Positions 20,385 to 29,402 of a stretch of DNA of 63,620 nucleotides are shown here, piece after piece. The translations under genes and the position numbers were made by a program. This stretch comes from Polyangiales bacterium (lineage in GTDB: Bacteria; Myxococcota_A; Polyangia; Polyangiales; JADJQN01), in assembly GCA_964202905.1 (NCBI GenBank), contig CAXNJO010000017.1, positions 1 to 63,620 of the forward strand, given 5' to 3'. Numbering within the stretch: the first letter of the stretch is position 1; every line of letters begins with the position of its first letter. The notes beneath the pieces are model-generated. The model saw only the letters and a program-made list of their open reading frames with translations. It was not told the DNA's origin and searched no databases.

Positions 20385-21830
20385 ATGCGCGCTGAGGCCG
20401 TAGTCGCGCTCGGATTTGCGCTCGCGCTGCTCGCTGCATGCGACGGCGCGGGCAACAAACCCGCGCGCGACCTCGGGGTCGACTCGGGGTCCTACCCACT
20501 CGTCCCGTTCGCGCCACGCCTGCTTTTTGAAGACCCGTCGGTGCGCTGCGAGGTGCCGCCGCCGCCAGCGATGCGGCCAGCAACGACGCCGCGTCCAACG
20601 CGCGGCGCCGTGCGATGGGTGTTCAATCCGTCTCGAGATCCTGCGACCCTCGCCGCTCTGGCCGGGGAGGGACGCAGCGGCTTAGGTCTCACAGGCGAAG
20701 CGCTCACGGGAATGGCTAGCGGCGGTTTTGTAACCACAACGGACCTGGGCCGGTACTACCTTGGTGTCAACGGAGACGGAGAGTTCGCACTCTTCGGCGG
20801 CGCCGGTGCCTCACGATACGGCGCCACGTGGCTCATGCCATCGACGTACATCAACCGGCCCCATCAAGACGTACGCCTCGATCTCTACGACGCTGTCGAT
20901 CGCAGCCTAACTCGGACCGCCGCCCTCACTTCGCTCCCGGGCGGTTATCCCGGAACCTCCGAGGGAGATATCGAGTTCGTTGGGCCGGCCGTGCTGCCCG
21001 ACGGCACTATCGCGTGGCTCCCTACGACTCGCACCCTTGCGGCATCGTGCCCAGACGGGCGGCTGCGCTGGGTGATGGAGTTCTACAACCCGGCGGCGGT
21101 CACTATCCCTGCGATCTTCGCGGCGGGCGACGGCAACATTATCCTCGCGCGAGGCTTTGTCGGCATTCATCGGATCGATCCCGGTGGGCGTGTGCTGGCC
21201 AGCCGCCCGCTTGCGGGCATCGACGGAGGGGCGATGGGGTTCTCGGACCGCTGCGGAGTCGCATTGCTCACACCGAACCCAGCAGCGCCCACGTCACTCG
21301 TCCTCAAGTACTTCTCCGGTACGGACTTCTCGACGGAGCGCGAGTTGCCCCCCGAGGCGATTCCAACGAACGATTGCGGCTGGTGGAGCAGCACACCGCC
21401 CCCGTCGACGGTGTGGTCTCGCTACCGGCCAGATGGCACGCTCGCCTTCGTAAACCCGGGCCGGAGCCCTTCGCTCACGAAGTTCGAACTCGCCGATGGC
21501 TCCTGGCTGATGGTTGACCGGGGTGGCAGTCGCGAGACCCCGCCGGGTATGAGCATTGTCTCGGACGACGGCACTCTAGTCTTCGACACGGCTTTCGATA
21601 CCAGGGTCGTTGGTGAAGACTTCAAGCTCGGAGCGTATTTGCTCACGCCAGACGGTGTGCTCTACGTCACCGCGACGTCCGGCTTCGAGGCGGTACAGCA
21701 GTTCGTCGCTATTGAAGTCGGGGTCGGCGAGGGGTCAACCTGGGCGCGCTGGTCGGGCGCCGCGCTACGCGGCGACGGCGGCAACTGGACGCGCGACAAC
21801 GCGACATGGCATCCGACGCCTGCTCTCTAG
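20385..21830 (+). CDS. Lipoprotein, probable beta-propeller (PQQ-like repeats)
   Basis: LAAC lipobox; repeated PAVLPDGTI, PDGRLRW, PDGTL, PDGVLYV; overlaps the protease stop. Confidence 0.7.
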   Translation: MRAEAVVALGFALALLAACDGAGNKPARDLGVDSGSYPLVPFAPRLLFEDPSVRCEVPPPPAMRPATTPRPTRGAVRWVFNPSRDPATLAALAGEGRSGLGLTGEALTGMASGGFVTTTDLGRYYLGVNGDGEFALFGGAGASRYGATWLMPSTYINRPHQDVRLDLYDAVDRSLTRTAALTSLPGGYPGTSEGDIEFVGPAVLPDGTIAWLPTTRTLAASCPDGRLRWVMEFYNPAAVTIPAIFAAGDGNIILARGFVGIHRIDPGGRVLASRPLAGIDGGAMGFSDRCGVALLTPNPAAPTSLVLKYFSGTDFSTERELPPEAIPTNDCGWWSSTPPPSTVWSRYRPDGTLAFVNPGRSPSLTKFELADGSWLMVDRGGSRETPPGMSIVSDDGTLVFDTAFDTRVVGEDFKLGAYLLTPDGVLYVTATSGFEAVQQFVAIEVGVGEGSTWARWSGAALRGDGGNWTRDNATWHPTPAL

Positions 21831-22051
21831 TGCTCGATCCCGCGCTATTCAAGCGCTGCTACGGTCGATGAACTTCGCAGCGGCGCGGAGAGCAATCGGC
21901 GAAGTGGACCGCCGTCGCGATACCGGCACCGAGGTGCTGATCGTGGAACCCGAAGCCGGCGACGGCGTGAGTGCTCTTGTGGTCGACGGTAGGGGGAGAG
22001 CGGAGCGCGTCCTGCGCTCGCAGCTCGAAGCGCTCGATCAGCCCGCCGGTC

Positions 22052-22420
22052 AGCCTTCAGGCACCACGACGTAGTCGGCGACGCGGTCAACGGCGCAGAT
22101 GACCTATCCATCGGTGCCGATCAGTTCACTGCGCCCGGTCTCGTGCATCACGCCACCGTCCGGCGTCTCGGACCAAACGCGCAGCGTCCACGCCGTGACC
22201 GTCGCACCAGCGTACGCACGCTCGCCGACGTTGGTGGGGTCTGGAGCGCCGAGCGATACGCAAGGGATCGACTCCCACGCTCGCGGCGGGACGCAGCTCA
22301 GCGTGTTCAGCTCGCTGCAGGCGTCGGGCGCGCTGAGCCTAAAGGTCGGGCCGCGCGTCTGGTCGAGCCAGTTGACGGCCTCCATCTGTGCTTCGTCGCA
22401 CGTCGTCGTGATGCCGTCGC
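22052..22420 (-). pseudogene. 3' remnant of a Cys-containing secreted protein truncated by IS3 copy 2
   Basis: Frame starts at the IS boundary, has an in-frame TAG at 22104 and continues VICAVDRVADYVVVPEG*. Confidence 0.5.
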
Positions 22421-22465
22421 TGAGCTTGCCCCGCTTCGGTGGACATCTCGGAAGAGGTGGGCACG

Positions 22466-22801
22466 ATGGCGAAGATGGCAGAGAGCGGGTCAGGGAAGTC
22501 GGGCAAGGCACGTCGCGCGCGGCGTAGTTTCAGCGACGAGTTCAAGGCCGGGGCGGTCGCCCTGGTGCTCAAGGAAGGCGGCACCGTCACGCAGGTCGCG
22601 AAGAATCTCGACCTCACGGACTCGGCGCTGCGAGGCTGGGTGGAGCGGACGCGAGCCGACGCCGTCAAGGGCAAGCCCGGCGTGCTGACGAGCGACGAGC
22701 GCGAGGAACTCACGCGCCTCCGACGCGAGAACCGTGTTCTCCGCGAGGAGCGCGAGATCTTAAAAAAAGCCGCGGCCTTCTTCGCCAAGGAACGGACGTG
22801 A
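22466..22801 (+). CDS. IS3 transposase OrfA
   Basis: Near-identical to 11121-11456. Confidence 0.9.
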   Translation: MAKMAESGSGKSGKARRARRSFSDEFKAGAVALVLKEGGTVTQVAKNLDLTDSALRGWVERTRADAVKGKPGVLTSDEREELTRLRRENRVLREEREILKKAAAFFAKERT

Positions 22802-23667
22802 GGTTCGCGTTCGTCGAGGCGGAGAAGGAGACCCACGCGGTCACCATGCTGTGCCGCGCCGTGAACGTCTCGCGAGCCGGCTACTACGCGTGGCAGGCGC
22901 GCCCGGAGTCGGAGCGCGCCAAGCGCGACGCGCAGCTGCGGGTGCTGGTGCAGGCGGCGCACGTGAAGAGCCGACGCACCTACGGGAGCCCTCGAGTGTT
23001 CGCGGAGCTGGTCGAGGGCGGCGAGCGCGTCAGCCGCAAGCGCGTCGCTCGGCTCATGCGCGAGCAAGGCCTCGTGGCACGGCAGCGCAAGCGCTACCGC
23101 GTCCACGTCGTCCCGGAGAACGAGCAGCCCGTGGCCGCGAACGTTCTCGCCCGCGAGTTCGAGGCCGACGCGCCGAACCAGCGGTGGGTCGGGGACACGA
23201 CCGAGCTGACGACACCGGGCGGCAGACTCTTCCTCGCTGCGCTGCTCGACCTTCATTCGCGCCTCGTCGTCGGTTGGGCGACGAGCGCGGTGAACGACCG
23301 TCACCTCGTGATGAGGGCGCTTCGTGCGGCGCTGCAGCATCGACGGCCGCACGGCGGCCTACTGCACCACAGCGACCAGGGAAGCCCGTACGCCAGCGGC
23401 GATTATCAACGACTGCTGCGCCACAACGGGCTGACGTGCAGCATAAATCACCGTGGGAACTGCTACGACAACGCGGTGATGGAGAGCTTCTTCTCCACCG
23501 TGAAGTTCGAGCTCGGCAAACGCTTCGACTCGCACGCGGACGCGAAGACGAAGTTGTTCGATTACATCGAGGTCTTCTACAACCAGGAGCGCAGGCACTC
23601 GGCGCTGGGCAACATGAGCCCCGCGCGCTTCGAGCGCATGTCCGCGAAGCAGGCAGCAGCGAGCTAG
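22798..23667 (+). CDS. IS3 transposase OrfB
   Basis: Near-identical to 11453-12322. Confidence 0.95.
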   Translation: MRFAFVEAEKETHAVTMLCRAVNVSRAGYYAWQARPESERAKRDAQLRVLVQAAHVKSRRTYGSPRVFAELVEGGERVSRKRVARLMREQGLVARQRKRYRVHVVPENEQPVAANVLAREFEADAPNQRWVGDTTELTTPGGRLFLAALLDLHSRLVVGWATSAVNDRHLVMRALRAALQHRRPHGGLLHHSDQGSPYASGDYQRLLRHNGLTCSINHRGNCYDNAVMESFFSTVKFELGKRFDSHADAKTKLFDYIEVFYNQERRHSALGNMSPARFERMSAKQAAAS

Positions 23668-23698
23668 GCAACCTGTCTACTGAACCGGGGCAAGCTCA

Positions 23699-24079
23699 GA
23701 CCTGCTCTACCTCGTCGAACGTCGGCGCACCGAGCGCGCGAAACGCGAGCGCGCCGATGGAATCACGCACCTAGACGCCATCGAGAAACAGCGAGTGCGC
23801 ATGCACGTTGAGGCGTAATGCGGAGTCGCTGCGCTGAATGAACGTCACTGCGCCAACATGCGCATCGTCGACGCTCGGCAGGCCGAGACGTGCCTTTGCC
23901 CGGTGTCGGAGCGAGCGAGAGACCGCGCCCGTGAACGCCGACATCTCCTCTGCGCGAAGCCCCCTGTCATAGCCGAGCAAGATGCGCAGTCGCCAAGGCA
24001 GCGAGCACACCCACTGTCGCGCTGGCACCTCGGGGAGCACGTCGTCGACGAGGTGCGCGGCCGTGTCTGACATGCGCCG
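23699..24079 (-). pseudogene. Internal fragment of a second copy of the IS91 transposase (HUH region), without the IS1380 insertion
   Basis: RQWVCSLPW...FIQRSDSALRLNVHAH; matches 26787-26929 joined to 28631-28867; premature TAG at 23771. Confidence 0.9.
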
Positions 24080-24146
24080 GATTCAAATCTCGACCCGCCG
24101 CATCGATCGGGCGCGCTGCGCTACGCGCTAGCCGCCAAGCGGTGAC

Positions 24147-24653
24147 TCACTCCGCCGTCGCGCCCGCTGCGTCCGAGGACGCGTCCCACGAGCTGACCTC
24201 GATGAAGAGCTGCTGAGTCCCGCGCAAGTCAGCGCGGCGCACCAAGGTGCCCCGGAGCGTCGTCAGCTCCGCGAACTGTTCTTCGCACGCTGCACCGAGC
24301 GGGCACTCTTCGGTCGGTTGCAGCCCGACTCCGCCGCGCGTGTTGCAGGCGAAGTTCGGGTCGGGCACGCCGCTCGATAGCATCGATCGGGGCGTGACGA
24401 AGATGGTCGGCTGACCCGCACACGCAAACGCCGGGGCGTAAGTCACCACGTTGCAGCAAGTCCCTGACAGACAATACGCGATCGTCCCCGTGAGGAACGT
24501 CGTCGCACCGGGCGTCGGCGGTCCATGCACGATGATCTCACTCCCGACGAGCGACTCTGCCTCTTCACAAAGCTCTTTGGCTGTGAGCTCGGATGGCCCA
24601 CATCCGACAACCGCCAAGACTACGAATATCGCGAATGCACGAGCGGGTGGTAT
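24147..24653 (-). CDS. Cys-rich lipoprotein; apparent start is ATA behind a GAGGA RBS
   Basis: In-frame IPPARAFAIFVVLAVVGC lipobox upstream of the annotated ORF. Confidence 0.55.
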   Translation of the reverse strand: MPPARAFAIFVVLAVVGCGPSELTAKELCEEAESLVGSEIIVHGPPTPGATTFLTGTIAYCLSGTCCNVVTYAPAFACAGQPTIFVTPRSMLSSGVPDPNFACNTRGGVGLQPTEECPLGAACEEQFAELTTLRGTLVRRADLRGTQQLFIEVSSWDASSDAAGATAE

Positions 24654-24753
24654 GGTGTTCGTCCTCTGTGCTCGATTCTACACAGGGGCATCATGTGGCC
24701 GCCAGGCAGCGCAACGAAGCGCGACGCTTCGCCGCGGCGAGCGCCGCCCGGCG

Positions 24754-25593
24754 TCAGCGTCCGAACTGCAAGTGGTCGATCTCGAGCCCACTGCCAGTGT
24801 TGATGATTCGGATCGCGGCGATGCCATCCGGGGCGCACACACCGAAGAAACGATCCTCGGCGACCTGACCCGTAGTCGCCGCGTCGGGGAACACACCGGC
24901 CTCGCTGCTCGGCCCGATCGTCGCGATCACCGAGCCATCCGCAGCGAGCGCTTCGAAGGTCACGGTGCCGCCGCCGCCGTCGGTCCACACGAGCCCAGCG
25001 ATCGTCGGCAGTGCACCGTCGAGCGCCGACGGTGCGAAGTCGAAGCGCATCGCACCGCTCGTGAAGAGCGTGTGGCACGTCATGTCCGTGCGGACGCACA
25101 TGCCGTCGACCGTCCCGTCGTCTCCGTCGACCGAGTCCTCCAAGCCGATGAAGCCACCTCCCGTGCCCACCAGCGTCACCGCCGCGGAGCCGGTCGTGCA
25201 CTCCGTCAGGCCGCTACACGCAGTCACGCCGTCCGTCGTCGCCACTGCATCCTCGAAGTCTCTCAGCACGAAACGCGTAGGCGCCAGCGCGTCGAACGGG
25301 CTGTCAGCGCGAGACAAATACGGCGTCGGACCGAACGTCTTGACGACCGTACACAACGGGACCGTCCCCGCGTCCGAGCCCGCGTCAGAGCCTGCGTCGG
25401 AGCCCGCATCGGTCGTGGTGCCTCCATCCATACCCATGTCTGCCTCCGTCCCCGCATCGGCTGGAGGAAGCCCCGCGTCGACGTCCATGCCTCCGGAGTC
25501 GCGACCCGCGTCGATGACGACAATAGTACTGTCTCCACAGCCCTGAGTGAGGAAAGCGGCGAGAACGAGAAGTCCGATGCGGTAGGTAACCAT
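24754..25593 (-). CDS. Lipoprotein with DAG low-complexity linker and beta-sandwich-like domain
   Basis: LTQGC lipobox, DAGS repeats, C-terminal EDRFFGV...GIAAIRI...LEIDHLQFG. Confidence 0.75.
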   Translation of the reverse strand: MVTYRIGLLVLAAFLTQGCGDSTIVVIDAGRDSGGMDVDAGLPPADAGTEADMGMDGGTTTDAGSDAGSDAGSDAGTVPLCTVVKTFGPTPYLSRADSPFDALAPTRFVLRDFEDAVATTDGVTACSGLTECTTGSAAVTLVGTGGGFIGLEDSVDGDDGTVDGMCVRTDMTCHTLFTSGAMRFDFAPSALDGALPTIAGLVWTDGGGGTVTFEALAADGSVIATIGPSSEAGVFPDAATTGQVAEDRFFGVCAPDGIAAIRIINTGSGLEIDHLQFGR

Positions 25594-26929
25594 TGCGGCG
25601 GCAAAGACTACGTTAACCACCGCTGGATTGCAAGATGGTCGAACGAGACCAGCGTATAGCCCATCCGATCGCCCCTTCGGTCGTGCTCCGTGACGCTGCA
25701 TCTTCTCCGAACGCTACGCGAGCGCGCCGCGGAGCACAATCTCGACGTCAATGCTGCTCTGCCGGAGGCGCGTCGACGTGCCTCGAGCGCCCACTTTCAG
25801 CGCATGTTCGCGCAGCGAACGCACGTCTCCCTGACCGCGCTGTGCGCAGCCGCTCGGCTCACCGTGCTCTCCGCTCAACCGAACACGAGCCGCAGCTGCC
25901 CGTGCGCGGACGCTCGCGGCTCGGCGTCGGGCGGCGCTCTCGGATAGCCGCGCTCGCTGAGCACGCGCGCTATCTCGCCGGGCTTCTTCGCGATCTCGAC
26001 GATGCGCAGCCGGCCGCCGCACTTCTCGCACTTCAAGATATCGACCGCGAACACCCGCTGCAGGAGCCAGCTCCACGGATGTCGCGACGGCTCGGCCGTC
26101 TTCTTCTTCGTGGCGCTCTTCGCTGACATCGTCGGCTCGTCCGTCTCATCGAACAGCGAGAGCTGCTTTGGCGGCGCGGCCGGCTTCTTCGGCACGACCT
26201 CGGCACGCAGCGACGAGTGCCCGGCGAGCACGCCGAGGTAGCGCATCAAATGAAAGCGCGGAGGCGGTACCAGCGCGCCAAAGTGCTCGTCGCTTCGCTT
26301 CTGCGCGCTATGGCCGCGCGATGCAGTCCGCGGGCGAGAGCACGACGGCGTGCGTCCCGTCCCTCCACGCCTTCTTGAAGCGATAGACGACCTGTCCCAG
26401 GGTGCTCGTCGCTACGCTCCTGCGCGCCATGTTCGCGCAGCGACAGCCGATCGAGCGCCAGAGGCGGCCGCGCCATGTAGCGCAACACGTGCTCGAGGCG
26501 CTGCCGATCGCGGCCGTCTATCGCCACCTCCGCGTGCACGTTGACGCCGCCGAACGCCGCGAGCGCGCGCGCCCCTGAACGCACGGCGCGCACAGGCTGC
26601 ACGAGCTTCAGCGTCTTTTGACCGGCATTGTCGCCGAGCAGCTGTAGGTCCGCCGCGGACGCCGCGTAACACGAGGCGAGCACAGGCTGAGCGTGCGTGA
26701 GCTCCGCCGGCTCATCGTCGAGTCCGTCGAGCGTACGGCCGTGCGCCAGCAGGACCTTCACGATGCGCGCGTGCGTCCATTGCGCGACCTGCTCTACCTC
26801 TTCGAACGTCGGCGCACCGAGCGCGCGAAACGCGAGCGCGCCGATGGAATCACGCACATAGACGCCATCGAGAAACAGCGAGTGCGCATGCACGTTGAGG
26901 CGTAATGCGGAGTCGCTGCGCTGAATGAA

Positions 26930-28625
26930 CCTCGATTTCGCGCTTGTCGCCCTTCGAGGTATCGTGAGCCGGTCTGCGACATGCTGAGTCGTCGCATCGA
27001 TGCATGAGAGTGTCCAAATGGCATGTATCGAGCACACTTCCCCCTTTCCCCCACGGTCCGTGGCAGGCTCTGCAACGCAGCGGTGGAGGACGTCACTCAC
27101 GCCGACCGCCGATCGCGTAGAGCGCTGTGCCGGGCATGACGAGAATGGATGTCCGTCGGCCTGAGCGCGCGAGAATGCCAGCGACGCAGAGAAAGGCGCG
27201 GCGTACCCAGTCCGCACGCCACACGACGACCTGCGGCGCGACCGCGCGCACGAAGCGACGAAGAAGGTTGAAGGCCAGCATCTTGAGCAGCAGCGTCGCG
27301 TGATTCGCGTTGAAGTGCCAACTCGGAGTCTCGGCGATTCCCCACTGGTTCTTCCACTCGGCGATCATCGTCTCGATTCCTGCACGACCGTCGTAGCGGG
27401 CGGCGACCGCCTCTGGCGCCTCGTCGGAGTTCGTGACGTACATTCGCACGGCCCACTCTTCGCCTTCCCAGAGCGTGAGCTGCTTGCCACAGCGGTCTTC
27501 GTTCGTGCGCACGGCGACGACCCGTGGCTTGATGCCCGCGGCATGCCACGAGCCCCGCGTGAAGGGCACCTCCGCTACCTGCGTGACCGGCTTGCCGTCC
27601 GCGTCCCACTCGGTCGTGCACCACGTGATGGTTTCGCGAGCGACCCGGCAGACGAGGTCGTCGGTGGCGCGAGCCTTGACGACGTAGACCGCGCCTGCCT
27701 CCGCGATCGCGGCCAGAATCTGCGCGCAGTCCGCCGCACTGTCGATTCGCACGAAGAGCTTCTGACGGCGCGTGAGCGTGGCCTTCACGCGCTCGACGAT
27801 CTGCTTCACGGCGGGTGCGTCGTCGGCGCCGAATGTGGTGTCACCGGGCCGGAGAATCGCGGCGACGCACGTGTCGACCTCCGCGATGCGGGCGACGATC
27901 GGGTGGTAGCTCTCGCGACCGTGTGCCCTCGGGTTGTAGCCGACAGCTGCGCCCTCGCGGCTCCCGTAAACGACCTCGACAGTCGAGTCGATGTCGAGAT
28001 GCACCTCTCGATGCGACTCAAGCGCATGGCCAGTGACACCATGCGTGAACATCAGCGCGTCGAGCGCACGCAGTGCGTCGACATCGAAACGCGCGAGGTC
28101 GCGATAGACGGTGTCGATGCTCGGTATGTAGCCGCCGTTGAGCAGGACGAAGAGCGGGTCCGCCGACAACGTTTCGATGTCGAACACGCGCGTTGCCCCG
28201 ACGGCCTGCGCGTCGATGAGCAAGCGCAGCTGTCCGGCCATCGGATAGACGACCCGCGGACCGTCCTTGAGCCGGTTCGCGATGTGCGCGAGATCCCGGC
28301 CGAGCCCGAGTTCGTCGACGAAGCCCGCGAACGTCGCGAGCCCAGCCATGTTGGTCAGCTTCGCAGACGTCGCTCTCAGGCCCAGCCTGCGAGCCTCCCG
28401 CCGCTTCACCTGTCGGCTCTGGGCTTGCAGCGCGTGCCCTGCACCTCGCTGTCCGCCCATCGCATCGCGCCTCACCTTGCAGGTGCCCAAAAGCTTCGCT
28501 GTGCTCGTCATCATGCGCGCGACAACGCCCGAGGCGATCGACGGATTCCCTTGCAGAACAACGTTTCTCACGATTCTTTCTCAGCTCGCACGGCAAATGG
28601 TAGCCGCGACGGAGCGAAAGCTAGG
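26930..28625 (-). mobile_element. IS1380-family element (1696 bp)
   Basis: CC...GG ends, IR CCTCGATTTCGCGC / CCTAGCTTTCGCTC, 5-bp TSD ATGAA; empty site visible at 23835-23845. Confidence 0.9.
27093..28571 (-). CDS. IS1380-family DDE transposase
   Basis: LDIDSTVEVVYGSREGAAVGYNP...YHP, LRPG, VRIDSA, YDGRAGIETMIAEWK. Confidence 0.9.
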   Translation of the reverse strand: MRNVVLQGNPSIASGVVARMMTSTAKLLGTCKVRRDAMGGQRGAGHALQAQSRQVKRREARRLGLRATSAKLTNMAGLATFAGFVDELGLGRDLAHIANRLKDGPRVVYPMAGQLRLLIDAQAVGATRVFDIETLSADPLFVLLNGGYIPSIDTVYRDLARFDVDALRALDALMFTHGVTGHALESHREVHLDIDSTVEVVYGSREGAAVGYNPRAHGRESYHPIVARIAEVDTCVAAILRPGDTTFGADDAPAVKQIVERVKATLTRRQKLFVRIDSAADCAQILAAIAEAGAVYVVKARATDDLVCRVARETITWCTTEWDADGKPVTQVAEVPFTRGSWHAAGIKPRVVAVRTNEDRCGKQLTLWEGEEWAVRMYVTNSDEAPEAVAARYDGRAGIETMIAEWKNQWGIAETPSWHFNANHATLLLKMLAFNLLRRFVRAVAPQVVVWRADWVRRAFLCVAGILARSGRRTSILVMPGTALYAIGGRRE

Positions 28626-29402
28626 ATGAACGTCACTGCGCCAACATGCGCATCGTCGACGCTCGGCAGGCCGAGACGTGCCTTTGCTCGGTGTCGGAGA
28701 GAGCGCGACACTGCGCCCGTGAACGCCGAAATCACCTCTGCGCAAAGCCTCCTGTCGTAGCCGAGCAAGATGCGCAGTCGCCATGGGAGCGAGCACACCC
28801 ATTGTCGCGCTGGCACCTCCGGGAGCACGTCGTCGACGAGGTGCGCGGCCGCGTCTGACATGCGCCGCGCGACGCACGACGGACAAAAGCCGCGCTTCTT
28901 GCACGAGAACGCGACGACCAGCTCTTGCCCGCAATCACAACACCGCAAGTGCACGAGGCCATGCTCGAGCAGCCCGCACTCGAGATATGCCTCGACCTCG
29001 CGGACCACGAACGTCGGCAGCCCGCCCGCCTCCTCCGCGCGCTCGAGGAATGCTGGCCAGTGCGCGCGCACCACGCGGTGCAACACAGTGTCCTCCGGAC
29101 GCCGCCGCGCATAGCCGTCCGCGCGAGGTGCGTGAGCAAGAGCTGAACAAACAGCGGCAACGGCGGACACCGCCGCTCATCGGCGCACCACCTGGCCCAG
29201 TGCTCAGCGCGCTCGGCTGCGATGGGGACGGCAGACGCGAGCCGGGCTCCCTCGATCGCCGCATCCTGAGGCGCGGCCCCGCGCCCGGCCTCGTTCGTGG
29301 GCGGGCTTCAGGGCAACCCCTTCTGGCAGACCCGCGCAGACGTGTGCGCGCGCTGGAACGCCGACAGCGTGGATCGCGCGGCAAACGCGTGGACCGCAGG
29401 CG

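Larger units (their letters stand above)
12966..20395 (+). pseudogene. Large secreted metzincin metalloprotease (~1160 aa reconstructed), split by IS3 and IS66
   Basis: Segments 12966-13854 + 15169-15969 + 18603-20395 = 3483 nt join in frame; signal peptide; HELGHQGGLEH...SIMNY zinc motif and Met-turn. Confidence 0.85.
22421..23698 (+). mobile_element. IS3-family element A, copy 2 (1278 bp)
   Basis: Same IRs and ORFs as 11076-12353 with a few substitutions (e.g. MSRRG to INHRG); no TSD. Confidence 0.95.
25875..29170 (-). pseudogene. IS91-family HUH transposase with zinc-binding domain, disrupted
   Basis: YLECG...CCDCG..VAFSCKKRGFCPSC, NVHAH (HUH), LRYMARPP (catalytic Tyr), WLLQRVFAVDILKCEKCGG; IS1380 insertion and frameshifts near 26250-26420. 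Confidence 0.9.
25652..29200 (-). mobile_element. IS91/ISCR-family rolling-circle element, interrupted by IS1380; terIS boundary approximate
   Basis: oriIS ...GGATGGGCTATACGC at 25652 with subterminal inverted repeat 25683-25737; HUH transposase gene. Confidence 0.9.

Noticed and set aside
2122..25593. Integron cassette array
   Set aside because: No tyrosine recombinase in the window and no recognisable attC sites; the repeated junction sequence is an IS91 end.
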